A stretch of DNA of 40,973 nucleotides. Source: a bacterium. Lineage in GTDB: Bacteria; Bacillota; Clostridia; Christensenellales; CAG-917. The translations under genes and the position numbers were made by a program. The DNA lies in assembly GCA_963656415.1 (NCBI GenBank), contig CAVKIG010000002.1, positions 1 to 40,973 on the forward strand, in the 5' to 3' direction. A model generated the notes under the pieces. That model did no database searches. It was not told where the DNA came from and saw only the letters and a list, made by a program, of their open reading frames with translations. Below, piece by piece: positions 8,190 to 16,984 of the stretch (the first letter of the stretch is position 1; each line of letters starts with the position of its first letter).

Positions 8190-8519
8190 ATGGTCAAGGT
8201 TAAGTTCTCAACACAGGACGGCAAGTTCGTGGGCGTTGAATGCTCGGGGCATTGCGAATACGGTGACGAAGGCGAAGATATCGTTTGCGCGTCATTATCG
8301 TCCGTGATACAGACTGCGGTGCTTGGGATTATGCACATAGTCGGAGTGAACATAGCGTTTGAAACCGATGCAAAAGACGGATATTTGTACGCAATGCTTC
8401 CCAAATCTATGTCAAAGTCGCAAGAACACGACGCAGATATCATTTTGAGAACGGCTTATCTAGGGGCGTCCGATCTCTATGAAAACTTTTCGGACTATAT
8501 ATCATTGGAGGTAGAATAA
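8190..8519 (+). CDS. prp: Ribosomal-processing cysteine protease Prp (YsxB family)
   Basis: ~109 aa with a GHCEYG ... DIVCASLS His/Cys pair. It sits between rplU and rpmA, as in Bacillus and Staphylococcus. Confidence 0.88.
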   Translation: MVKVKFSTQDGKFVGVECSGHCEYGDEGEDIVCASLSSVIQTAVLGIMHIVGVNIAFETDAKDGYLYAMLPKSMSKSQEHDADIILRTAYLGASDLYENFSDYISLEVE

Positions 8520-8520
8520 T

Positions 8521-8802
8521 ATGTTTATGAATATACAATTGTTCGCTCATAAAAAAGGTACGGGTTCTTCTCACAACGGTCGTGACAGTGAGTCAAAAAG
8601 ACTTGGACCGAAGCGCGCTGACGGTCAATTCGTTCTCGCAGGCAACATTCTCGTTCGCCAACGCGGTACGAAATATCATCCGGGCAACAACGTTTCCATC
8701 GGCAAAGACGATACGTTGTTTGCACTCATCGACGGCGTCGTGAAATTTGAGCGTGTTGGAAAAGACAAAAAACAAGTTTCTGTTTACGCACAAGAGCAAT
8801 AA
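8521..8802 (+). CDS. rpmA: 50S ribosomal protein L27 (pro-form with N-terminal extension)
   Basis: MFMNIQLF precedes [15 protein letters not shown], the typical Prp-cleaved propeptide context. Confidence 0.95.
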   Translation: MFMNIQLFAHKKGTGSSHNGRDSESKRLGPKRADGQFVLAGNILVRQRGTKYHPGNNVSIGKDDTLFALIDGVVKFERVGKDKKQVSVYAQEQ

Positions 8803-8807
8803 TCAAT

Positions 8808-8837
8808 CCCGCCCGATAACAAATCGGGCGGTTTTTC
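8808..8837 (+). terminator. Intrinsic terminator after rpmA
   Basis: Stem cccgcccgat / atcgggcgg followed by ttttt. Confidence 0.8.
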
Positions 8838-8968
8838 TATTCTGTGGCAATTTTCGCTTTTTGCGAGTGTTGTCGCAACGCAAAAGACAAATGCGTTCGC
8901 ACGCGCGGGCGTACGGGCGTACGATTTTATTGATAAATCGGATTGTTATATAATAATATTTAATATAT

Positions 8969-9781
8969 ATGGCACTCAACGAGTTTACGATTAAGAAAAC
9001 GGAAACTTTCGACGTCGGGCAAACGCTCGATTGCGGACAGGTTTTCCGCTACGTTTTCGACGGCGAAGAGTACAAAGTGCACGCAAAAAATCACGTGGCA
9101 TACATCCGTGAAAACGGGAACGAATACGTCGTGCGATGCGACGATAAGGAGTTTTTTGAAAGGTACTTCGATTTCGACACCGATTACGCGGCGATACAAG
9201 CCAAGGTCGACGATTGCGAGTTTATGCACGAAGCAATCGAGTTCGGCAAAGGCATACATATTCTCAGGCAAGACCCCGTCGAAGCGATTTTTTCTTTCAT
9301 CATCTCGCAAAACAACCATATTCCGCGCATAAAAGGAATTATCGAGCGCATTTGCAATTCGCTCGGCGACGATATGGGCGATTATCACGCTTTTCCGAGC
9401 GTTGAAAAACTCGCAAGCGCAGGAGTTGACTTTTATAAGAACGTCGGTGCGGGGTATAGGGCAGAGTATCTCGACAGAGTTGCAAAGACTCTCGTCGGCA
9501 CTGACGTGAACGAGTGGAGCGTGCTTCCTACGGACGAATTGCGCAAAAAACTTTTGTCGTTGTACGGTGTAGGACGTAAAGTTGCGGATTGCGCCTTGTT
9601 GTTCGGATTCGGAAAATTTGACGTCTTTCCCGTCGATACGTGGATAAAAAAGATATACGAAGACGAGTATAACGTGCAAGACGCCGAAAAAATGTCCGAA
9701 ATTTTGGTGAAAAGATACCAAAATTGCGCAGGTTTTGCACAGCAATGGGCGTTTTATTACAAAAGAGTGAAAAAAGTATAG
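8969..9781 (+). CDS. ogg: 8-oxoguanine DNA glycosylase / AP lyase (Ogg1-type HhH-GPD)
   Basis: The HhH-GPD segment LYGVGRKVADCALLFGFGKFDVFPVDTWIKK carries the catalytic Lys and Asp in OGG1-like positions. Confidence 0.82.
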   Translation: MALNEFTIKKTETFDVGQTLDCGQVFRYVFDGEEYKVHAKNHVAYIRENGNEYVVRCDDKEFFERYFDFDTDYAAIQAKVDDCEFMHEAIEFGKGIHILRQDPVEAIFSFIISQNNHIPRIKGIIERICNSLGDDMGDYHAFPSVEKLASAGVDFYKNVGAGYRAEYLDRVAKTLVGTDVNEWSVLPTDELRKKLLSLYGVGRKVADCALLFGFGKFDVFPVDTWIKKIYEDEYNVQDAEKMSEILVKRYQNCAGFAQQWAFYYKRVKKV

Positions 9782-9874
9782 ACAAATCGCCAAATATGTA
9801 TTAAAATAGGTTTATCAATATAAAACGTATAGTTCAAGTCCGCTTTTTGTGACTTGGAAGAGGAGAGAAAGATT

Positions 9875-10537
9875 ATGGCAGCAACAAAAAAATACGTTGT
9901 TCTTGCAGACATCGAAAGCGTCAGAGTTCCTTTCAGCGTATTCGCATCCGCACTTGAAGAACTTTCACGCATCGGCGAAATTGCAGCGTGCAAATTCTAC
10001 GGCTATTCCGCAAAACGTACCAAAGATTACGGCGAATTCATCCAGGAAAACAGTTACGACGCACTTTCCGCACTTCCCAAGAAGAGAAAGGGTAAACTCG
10101 ACCTTCGCCAAGTCATCGACGCGGCAAGACTTGCACAGTTCCCCAACATCGACGGTTTCTTCCTTATCTACGGCAACGGCGATATCACTCCGCTCATTGC
10201 ATACCTTAAGGCATACGGCAAAGACGTCGTCGCAGGCGTTGTAGAACCCGACAAGAACTCCGTTCTCTGCAACAAGGTCATCATGCTCGATGCAAAAGCG
10301 TCCACGCAAACCGTGCTCAACGCAGGCTACAAGAAAGTCAACGCGGCACCCGTCGCAAAGAAAGCGGCTGCACCCAAGGCAGAACCCGTTCAATACGTTG
10401 CACCGGCTCCCGCTCCGCAACCCGCACCGCAACCGGCTCCCGCTGCTCCCGCGCAAACTCAACAACAAAGCGAAGAAGCGGCTCAAATGGCTCTCTTGCT
10501 TGAACAATTCAACAAGATTCTTGCGAGCAACGACTGA
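9875..10537 (+). CDS. NYN/LabA-like (DUF88) domain protein with a Pro/Ala/Gln-rich C-terminal tail
   Basis: FLIYGNGDITPLIAYLKAYGKDVV resembles the NYN SGDxDFxPL..L...G motif. The tail reads APAPAPQPAPQPAPAAPAQTQQQ. The GAGGAGAG SD precedes ATG 9875. Confidence 0.6.
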   Translation: MAATKKYVVLADIESVRVPFSVFASALEELSRIGEIAACKFYGYSAKRTKDYGEFIQENSYDALSALPKKRKGKLDLRQVIDAARLAQFPNIDGFFLIYGNGDITPLIAYLKAYGKDVVAGVVEPDKNSVLCNKVIMLDAKASTQTVLNAGYKKVNAAPVAKKAAAPKAEPVQYVAPAPAPQPAPQPAPAAPAQTQQQSEEAAQMALLLEQFNKILASND

Positions 10538-10555
10538 TTGTTTCAATCGAAATTC

Positions 10556-10589
10556 AAAAGCGATACGCCTTGTGCGTATCGCTTTTTTG
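10556..10589 (+). terminator. Intrinsic terminator after the NYN-like gene
   Basis: Stem agcgatacgc / gcgtatcgct followed by tttttt. Confidence 0.85.
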
Positions 10590-10620
10590 TATTACAAAGC
10601 CAACGGATAGTCCGGTGGTT
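10587..10620 (+). repeat. 34-nt post-terminator repeat, copy 1
   Basis: ttgtattacaaagccaacggatagtccggtggtt is identical at 31 of 34 positions to 17323-17356. Both copies begin in the T-tract of a terminator. Confidence 0.75.
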
Positions 10621-10677
10621 ATTTTTGTATAACAACGTTCAATATATTATAAAATCGAGTTTAATTTAGCCATTTTA

Positions 10678-10705
10678 TTGACATTTTTTGTATTGTGGAT
10701 ATAAT
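10678..10705 (+). promoter_or_regulatory. Promoter of the marR-ABC operon
   Basis: TTGACA, 16-nt spacer, TATAAT. The dyads ttgta-tg-tacaa and caact..agttg follow and may be MarR operators. Confidence 0.55.
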
Positions 10706-10770
10706 TGTTGTATGTACAAGTATGTATATGCAACTATTTGCGCTTGCAAGTTGTGAAAAGGAGAAAAACT

Positions 10771-11229
10771 ATGGATATTACTGAAAGAAAAATCACAAAA
10801 ATCGCAAGAGAAACGGAAAAATTCGTTTTGATTAAGTTGCGCGAAAACGGAGTGGGGACGGCGGAAATCGATTTGATTCATGCAATACGCCATAATCCCG
10901 GATGCACTCAGGCAAAACTTGCGGAGATACTGAATGCGGACAAGGCTGCTATTGCTCGTAGGACGAAAAATCTCGAAACGAAAGGTTATCTGGTGCGCAA
11001 GAACGACCCGACCGACAAACGCAGTCAGTTTCTTTATCCGACCGAAAAGGCGGAGACTTTGAAAGAATCGAAAGCTGAAATCGAAAGCGAGTTTTACGAG
11101 TATCTCGTATCCGTGCTTGACAAAGGCGAAGCGGAAACGTTTGCAAAGTTGCTTGACAAACTGTACGTTGCGTCAAAAACCGAAAGCAGAGCAGGTTTTC
11201 CGCATTTTAACGAAAATTGCGAAAAGTGA
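10771..11229 (+). CDS. MarR-family transcriptional regulator
   Basis: Has a winged-HTH segment (TQAKLAEILNADKAAIARRTKNLETKGYLVRKNDPTDKRSQFLYPT). AAAGGAG precedes ATG 10771. Confidence 0.9.
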   Translation: MDITERKITKIARETEKFVLIKLRENGVGTAEIDLIHAIRHNPGCTQAKLAEILNADKAAIARRTKNLETKGYLVRKNDPTDKRSQFLYPTEKAETLKESKAEIESEFYEYLVSVLDKGEAETFAKLLDKLYVASKTESRAGFPHFNENCEK

Positions 11230-11237
11230 AAAAGCAG

Positions 11238-12977
11238 ATGAAAAACGAAAAAACGTTTTGTCCCGATAAAATAAATTCTTATTTCCGCATAGAGTGGCTG
11301 TCGCTTCTTTTCGTTTCGTTGTCGGGGGTATTCTACAACGTGGGACTTCTTGCGACTCCGTGGTTTGAAGGCAGGCTTGCTCAACGTCTTGCGGATATTC
11401 TAAACGGCGACAAAACCGCAGAGTCAATGGTTATACCGGTTGTAGCCTACCTTGCGGTTACACTTGCCGTGCAGTTGGCAAGATTTGTCAAACGTTTCTA
11501 CGTGCGCCGTTTCGCAAACAACGTCAATAGGCGCATGAAAGGCGTTCTTTATGCAAATCTCGTTCGGCAAAGTCGCGTATCGCTTGAAAAAGAAGGCGTC
11601 GGAGAATTGATGACGAAAGCCATTTCCGATGTGGACGATTGCGTTGAAGGGATGAGAAAATTCACGACTGAGATTTTCGACACGGGGGTTGTGCTGGTCG
11701 GTTACGTCGTCATGCTTTTCGTTTACGACTGGCGGCTTGCGCTTCTCAGTCTGATATTCACTCCGATGTCGTACTTTTGTGCGGCAATCATGAAAAAGCC
11801 TGTGCAACGAGCAGGCGTAACCTACAAAAAGGCGGCGAGTGTATTGAGCGGAGAAACGGTGGATCGCGCGCAAAACGCTGTGACTTATCGTATTTACGGT
11901 TGCGAAAAAACGAGAGAAAACATTTATGAAGACGCTCTGAACAATTACGAAAAAACCGCAATACGAAACAATATACGGCAGTCGGCACTTCCGCCGCTTT
12001 ATCTTGTATTGTCAGGGGCAGGCGTGCTGTTTGTCCTGTGGTTCGGCGCAAAAAACGTGCTCGGCACGGGTTGGAATACGTGGGATATAGCGGCGTTTAC
12101 GACTTTCCTTTCTTGTTTTACGAAACTCACGGTCAAATCTTCAAAAGTTGCAAAACTGTTCAATTCGGTTCAAAAAGCGGAAATTTCATGGAAGCGGATT
12201 CGTCCTTTGATGAAGTCGCCCGAGCAGCTCGGTCCGCTTAAAATCGCAGAACCTGCCGAAGTGACGATAGACAATCTTTCTTTTGCCTATGACGAAGAAC
12301 CGATTTTTTCGGGACTTTCGTTGACGGCGAAACCGGGTGATATTATAGGCGTGACGGGGGCGGTTGCTTGCGGAAAATCGACTTTCGGGCGTACGTTCCT
12401 TTGTGAATCGCCATACGGCGGCTCTATTCGTTTCGGCAAGCGCGAATTGTCCGATTTATCACCGCGTGAAATATCATCTGCGGTGGGATATTTGGGGCAC
12501 GATCCCGAACTTTGTGCCGACACGGTGCAAAATAACGTGCTTTGCGGAAGTGAAGAAGACGTGATGCCGTACCTTTGCGACACGGCGTTGGAAAACGAAG
12601 TTTTGTCTATGGAAAACGGCGTTGAAACCGTCATAGGAAACAACGGCGTCCGACTTTCGGGCGGACAGGCACAAAGACTTGCGTTGGCAAGAACTATGGC
12701 GCATCCGCGTCCGATTATGGTTCTCGACGATCCGTTTTCCGCACTTGATCGCAACACGGAAAACATTATTTTCGCCGCTTTGCAGGATTATGCGAAAGAC
12801 AAGGTCGTTTTTCTGATTTCTCACAGGCTTTATCATTTTCCGCAAATGCAAAAAGTGGTATTTATGGAAAACGGCAAAACGATTGTAGGCACGCACGACG
12901 AGTTGATGCAAACGACCCCGACGTATCGCAAACTTTACGAAAGCCAAACAGGAGAGAAGCAAAATGAAGAAGACTAA
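11238..12977 (+). CDS. ABC exporter permease/ATPase fusion, subunit with non-catalytic Walker B (VLDDP)
   Basis: Has a six-TM domain plus an NBD with Walker A GAVACGKST, signature LSGGQAQR, Walker B IMVLDDP and Q-loop position LGHDP. The start is uncertain (TTG 11217, GTG 11226 or ATG 11238). Confidence 0.88.
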   Translation: MKNEKTFCPDKINSYFRIEWLSLLFVSLSGVFYNVGLLATPWFEGRLAQRLADILNGDKTAESMVIPVVAYLAVTLAVQLARFVKRFYVRRFANNVNRRMKGVLYANLVRQSRVSLEKEGVGELMTKAISDVDDCVEGMRKFTTEIFDTGVVLVGYVVMLFVYDWRLALLSLIFTPMSYFCAAIMKKPVQRAGVTYKKAASVLSGETVDRAQNAVTYRIYGCEKTRENIYEDALNNYEKTAIRNNIRQSALPPLYLVLSGAGVLFVLWFGAKNVLGTGWNTWDIAAFTTFLSCFTKLTVKSSKVAKLFNSVQKAEISWKRIRPLMKSPEQLGPLKIAEPAEVTIDNLSFAYDEEPIFSGLSLTAKPGDIIGVTGAVACGKSTFGRTFLCESPYGGSIRFGKRELSDLSPREISSAVGYLGHDPELCADTVQNNVLCGSEEDVMPYLCDTALENEVLSMENGVETVIGNNGVRLSGGQAQRLALARTMAHPRPIMVLDDPFSALDRNTENIIFAALQDYAKDKVVFLISHRLYHFPQMQKVVFMENGKTIVGTHDELMQTTPTYRKLYESQTGEKQNEED

Positions 12978-14604
12978 AAAATCGGGCGTATTTGCCGCAG
13001 TACGTACGGCGGCGAAGACGCATAAACTTCTTACGATAGGGACGATACTTTGCGTGGCGGCATCAGTCGTTGCGTCGCTCGTTCCGCCGTTGGTGCTTGC
13101 TCGGGTTATAGACCGCCTGACGGTAGGTTTATCGTTGCCTTTCTTAGCGGTGCTTTTATATTTTGCAAGTCTTTTGCTCGAAGGCGTACTGTCTTCCGCA
13201 CAAGAGACGTTGCTCGTTGTGTTCGGACAAAAAATGACGCATGCATTGCGCTCGGAGATGTCGCAAAAACTCACGAGTTTGTCGGCAAGCACTCTCGTTG
13301 CGCAAAATCCCGGTGAAGTTGCCGCGCGTTTTTCGGGAGACGTCGATACGGTGGAAGCCTTTTTCACTTCGGGCATTATAAGCATGGTTGCCGACGCGTG
13401 CAGAATAGTTTCCATATTGATAGTCATCGCAATAAAAAACACGGGGCTTGCGCTCGTTTTGTTGTTGATATTGCCGCTATTTGCGGTTTTTACACGCCAC
13501 GTGCAGAAAAAGACGCTCGTTGCACAACTCGCAAATCGTCGCGCGGTTGCCGCCGAATCGGGACAAGTGCCCGAAACTTTGCATAACATACGCACGATAC
13601 ACGCTCTCGGGCTTGAAAACTATATGGCTAGCCGATATGACGAACGTATACGCGAAAGTTATGCGGCTGTCGAGAAAACGAATTTCTACGACGCGATTTA
13701 TTCACCTGTCGTAGTAGTGCTCAATGCAGTGGTTGTGGGAATCGTTATGCTGCTATCTTCATCGGACAAAGCGGAAATTCTGACGTTTTTCGAAATGTCG
13801 GTGGGCACTTCTGTTGCTATAATAAACTATATATCGAAAATCTTTTCGCCTATCGAAAGTCTCGGCATGGAAATTCAGACCATTCAATCCGCAATGGCGG
13901 GCGTCAAACGAATAGACGCTTTTCTTTCACAGGCAGAACGTGAAATACCGCAAAAGCGTGAAAGCAAAATCCGCGGAGACGTGGAGTTTTCTGGGGTTAC
14001 TTTCGGCTATGACGAAAAAGTCGTGCTCAACGACTTTTCAATGATAGTGAAAGAAGGCGAACAGGTTACGCTTGTCGGCAGAACGGGGGCAGGGAAAAGC
14101 ACTGTATTTCGCCTTTTGCTCGGCCTTTATAAACCGCAATCGGGCACTGTTACAATAGGCGGAGTGAATGTTTTAGACATTCCCGACGATGAACGACGCA
14201 CGTGTATCGGCTGTGTCGAGCAGCATTTTTCCAAAGTCCCGGGGACGGTGCTTGACCAGATAACTTTGGGAGATTCGGGCATCACGGCAGAAATGGCTCA
14301 GAACGCCGCGAAACTTGCAGGAATCGACGAAGCAATATCATATCTTCCCGACGGATACGCGACGATATGCACGGACGGTATGTTTTCGCAAGGCGAATGG
14401 CAACTATTGTCCATTGCAAGAGCGGCGGCGGCAAATCCTGCGGTGTTGCTTCTTGACGAAATCACCGCAAATCTCGACGCCGCAACGGAAGCGAGAGTGC
14501 TCGAAGGGTTGCGCCGCGCAAGCGAAGGACGTACGGTTTTGTCAGTGTCTCACAGAATTTACGAAAGTCTCGGCGGAAGAACGGTTGAGATAAAAACTTT
14601 GTAA
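12964..14604 (+). CDS. ABC exporter permease/ATPase fusion, subunit with consensus Walker B and degenerate signature
   Basis: Has Walker A GRTGAGKST, Walker B LLLDEITANLD and H-loop SVSHR, with FSQGEWQ in place of LSGGQ. It overlaps the upstream gene by 14 nt. Confidence 0.9.
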   Translation: MKKTKKSGVFAAVRTAAKTHKLLTIGTILCVAASVVASLVPPLVLARVIDRLTVGLSLPFLAVLLYFASLLLEGVLSSAQETLLVVFGQKMTHALRSEMSQKLTSLSASTLVAQNPGEVAARFSGDVDTVEAFFTSGIISMVADACRIVSILIVIAIKNTGLALVLLLILPLFAVFTRHVQKKTLVAQLANRRAVAAESGQVPETLHNIRTIHALGLENYMASRYDERIRESYAAVEKTNFYDAIYSPVVVVLNAVVVGIVMLLSSSDKAEILTFFEMSVGTSVAIINYISKIFSPIESLGMEIQTIQSAMAGVKRIDAFLSQAEREIPQKRESKIRGDVEFSGVTFGYDEKVVLNDFSMIVKEGEQVTLVGRTGAGKSTVFRLLLGLYKPQSGTVTIGGVNVLDIPDDERRTCIGCVEQHFSKVPGTVLDQITLGDSGITAEMAQNAAKLAGIDEAISYLPDGYATICTDGMFSQGEWQLLSIARAAAANPAVLLLDEITANLDAATEARVLEGLRRASEGRTVLSVSHRIYESLGGRTVEIKTL

Positions 14605-14671
14605 TCGTCGTTGCTTATGGCATTGTTAAAACGCAAATATGAGAATATGCAAAAGCATGCATTATGTTGTA

Positions 14672-14700
14672 TTGACATAGCGTCACGCGCATTGTATAAT
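14672..14700 (+). promoter_or_regulatory. Consensus sigma-A promoter
   Basis: TTGACA, 17-nt spacer, TATAAT, about 45 nt upstream of ATG 14746. Confidence 0.7.
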
Positions 14701-14745
14701 TTCCATATAATGGTTTGAAAACCATAGGAAAGAAGGAGAAAAAAT

Positions 14746-15168
14746 ATGAAAAAAACACTCGCATTGTCTATCGTTGCAGTTCTTCTGTTTGCTTGTATGT
14801 TTTCGCTTGTGGCTTGCAACAATTCCAAAATCGTCGGCGTATATGAAATGACGGATATTTCCGGTTCGATGACGTACAACGGCACTACAACTCGACTTAC
14901 TCGCGACCTTTACGAATACTACACGATTGAATTCAAAAAAGACGGTACGGCAATCGTAAAAGCAAAGGGCAGTGGAGCAGGTCAATATATCGAAAACAAA
15001 GGCACGTGGACGGAAGAAGACGGCGTGATTAAACTCAAAAGCACGCAGGGCGGTTTGACCGTTGTCGAAGAAATGAAATGGGATAACGGCGTCATCACCT
15101 ACTCGAATAGACAAAGTGCAAGCGGTGTCTCGGTGAATATGACAATCGTACTTACGAAAAAGGCTTAA
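14746..15168 (+). CDS. Small lipoprotein, function unknown
   Basis: Signal peptide with lipobox (FSLVAC). The mature part is beta-rich. GAAGGAG SD. Confidence 0.75.
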   Translation: MKKTLALSIVAVLLFACMFSLVACNNSKIVGVYEMTDISGSMTYNGTTTRLTRDLYEYYTIEFKKDGTAIVKAKGSGAGQYIENKGTWTEEDGVIKLKSTQGGLTVVEEMKWDNGVITYSNRQSASGVSVNMTIVLTKKA

Positions 15169-15187
15169 ACGATAAAAACAACACGAA

Positions 15188-15218
15188 AAGAATAACGGCT
15201 TTATGCCGTTATTCTTTT
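15188..15218 (+). terminator. Intrinsic terminator after the lipoprotein gene
   Basis: Stem aagaataacggc / gccgttattctt running into tttt. Confidence 0.75.
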
Positions 15219-15368
15219 GCAAAAACGCGGTTTATTGCTATGAAAATAATAAGTAAACGTTGTTTTGTGTGAAATGAACTAAATTTGAAAATTTGCGGAG
15301 CGCATACTTTTTCGTTGCTATTGCAGATGGAATTTGAATATGATATAATAAACATAAAGGAGATGCTT

Positions 15369-15539
15369 ATGGGGCTTTTGGACTGGTTGTTCGGCACTTC
15401 AAACGATAATTCGACAAAAAAGAACACAACCGAAAAATCGCGCGATTCGTGGCTATACGACGATGAGTGTGACGATTGCGGCGATCCCGTCGAAGATTGC
15501 GAGTGCGACGATTGCGGCGGAGATTGCGAAGATGATTGA
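15369..15539 (+). CDS. 56-aa acidic Cys/Asp-rich mini-protein (MGLLDWLFG...DDECDDCGDPVEDCECDDCGGDCEDD)
   Basis: AAAGGAG lies 6 nt before ATG 15369 (the track ORF starts at 15285). The C-terminal 26 aa hold 6 Cys and 14 Asp/Glu in CxxC-like spacings. Confidence 0.45.
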   Translation: MGLLDWLFGTSNDNSTKKNTTEKSRDSWLYDDECDDCGDPVEDCECDDCGGDCEDD

Positions 15540-15687
15540 GTCGTTGAAAAAAGGCCGAGAATTTGTCGTATGAAACAAAATTGAGTACGTTTTCAAAAAT
15601 ATATTTTCAAAGTTAAGAAATAAACGATATACTTTTTGAAAAATTGTGTAAATAGTGAAAAAATATCGGCGCATATATCGTTTTATA

Positions 15688-15716
15688 TTTACAAAACATT
15701 ATATTTCGGATATAAT
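15688..15716 (+). promoter_or_regulatory. Promoter of the XRE-family regulator gene
   Basis: TTTACA, 17-nt spacer, TATAAT. Confidence 0.55.
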
Positions 15717-15774
15717 CCATAATTGTAAAATGAATGCGTAATCCGTGCGAATTTGCGGAACGCCGAAGGGAATA

Positions 15775-16338
15775 ATGGATATAAAAGACAAGATTTACAA
15801 TTTGCGAAAAAAGAGCGGATTGTCACAGGAAGATTTGGGATTTAAGTTGGGCGTATCGAGACAAACCGTCTCGAAGTGGGAAGCAGGTTTTGTTCAGCCG
15901 AGTTTTGAAAATTTGAAAAGTTTGTGTGACGTTTTTCAAGTTTCCTTGAGTTATTTTGAAGAAGTTTCGGATTGTGCGGACGAAGCGGCGGCAGACGTTG
16001 CCGACGACGCAAGTTCCGTTGCCGACGAAAACGCAGACAATGTTGCGACGGTTTCCGATGAAAAACCAAAAACTCCCGAAAAGAATGATATAAAAACGAG
16101 AGCGATTTATATAACAAGTGCCGTGATACTTTCCGTGTTGTCGGCAATTATGCTAGTGCTCAGCGTTGTCGTCGGACTCGTTGCGTTTTCTTCAAACAGC
16201 GGTGACGTGACCGTGAGCAATTACAAATTCGACACATGGGCGTTTGTGTTTTGTATTGCTGCGTTCGTTTTGTTTTTTGTTTTCGCAATCGTTTTGAGCA
16301 TCAGAGCGTCTAAATGCCAAAAGAACACCGAATGTTAA
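15775..16338 (+). CDS. Membrane-tethered XRE-family HTH regulator
   Basis: The N-terminus LRKKSGLSQEDLGFKLGVSRQTVSKWEAG is an HTH_3-type domain. It is followed by an acidic linker and two C-terminal TM helices. The start is taken at ATG 15775 after GAAGGGA. Confidence 0.85.
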   Translation: MDIKDKIYNLRKKSGLSQEDLGFKLGVSRQTVSKWEAGFVQPSFENLKSLCDVFQVSLSYFEEVSDCADEAAADVADDASSVADENADNVATVSDEKPKTPEKNDIKTRAIYITSAVILSVLSAIMLVLSVVVGLVAFSSNSGDVTVSNYKFDTWAFVFCIAAFVLFFVFAIVLSIRASKCQKNTEC

Positions 16339-16368
16339 CATATGTTTACACAAATGCAAACATATGTT
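16337..16368. promoter_or_regulatory. Two copies of the 10-bp palindrome AACATATGTT (candidate operator pair or RNA hairpin)
   Basis: Copies at 16337-16346 and 16359-16368, 22 bp centre to centre. Together they form an 11-bp inverted repeat, aacatatgttt / aaacatatgtt. Confidence 0.5.
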
Positions 16369-16419
16369 GCTTGCTTGAAAGCACGCGGAAATGTTAGCCT
16401 AAAAGAAAAGGGGTAAAAA

Positions 16420-16923
16420 ATGAATACACAAAAAAGATTGTTTCCGATTTTGGTTTCCGTGATTGCGATTATACTTTTTGCGATTATTCTCGTCGCAACG
16501 TTCACGACTTCAAGATCGTATGCCGAAGCGTTGGATTCTGCACATGAAAACGAAAGCGCAAGAAATGCAACAACAAGGGGTATTTATACGTCGCTTTCGA
16601 TCTCAATCAACGGCGGCAACGGAAAAGTTTGGACGACGGTGAAGAACGACGTCACGATATTCCCGTCAACGGTTATAGTTATCGTTGAGTTGTATTCTTC
16701 CGAAACGTATCAGGAATCATATCAGAATATGACGCTCGAACAAAAGGTTCAGACGGGCGATCTCAATCTCGGAAAGACGATAACGGCAGAAGCGTCAACC
16801 GGCGGCGTGCAAAAATACTGGCTCGGAAGAACTAGATACAAAGTGGACAACGGCGCATGGAAAGAAATGAAGACCGGCGTCTGCATCTACGACGCAAACG
16901 GCAATTTCGTGAGCGTCGCATAA
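16420..16923 (+). CDS. Membrane-anchored (N-terminal TM) beta-rich protein, function unknown
   Basis: The N-terminal helix LFPILVSVIAIILFAIILVATF is followed by a ~130-aa extracytoplasmic region. AAAGGGG SD. Confidence 0.7.
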   Translation: MNTQKRLFPILVSVIAIILFAIILVATFTTSRSYAEALDSAHENESARNATTRGIYTSLSISINGGNGKVWTTVKNDVTIFPSTVIVIVELYSSETYQESYQNMTLEQKVQTGDLNLGKTITAEASTGGVQKYWLGRTRYKVDNGAWKEMKTGVCIYDANGNFVSVA

Positions 16924-16974
16924 CGCAATTTTGTCACACATAATACGAATGTAAAGTTTTGTTGACAAAATGTA

Positions 16975-16984
16975 AACATATGTT
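16975..16984. promoter_or_regulatory. Third copy of the AACATATGTT palindrome, next to a TTGACA hexamer
   Basis: tgtaaacatatgtt (16971-16984) equals the reverse complement of 16337-16350. TTGACA is at 16962-16967. Confidence 0.45.

Noticed and set aside
16337-16984. AACATATGTT palindromes as LexA (Cheo/SOS) boxes
   Set aside because: The Firmicute LexA consensus needs GAAC-N4-GTTC. Here the arms are AAAC/TAAC and GTTG/GTTT, and the sites flank an XRE regulator gene rather than SOS genes. I found no such box upstream of dinB either.
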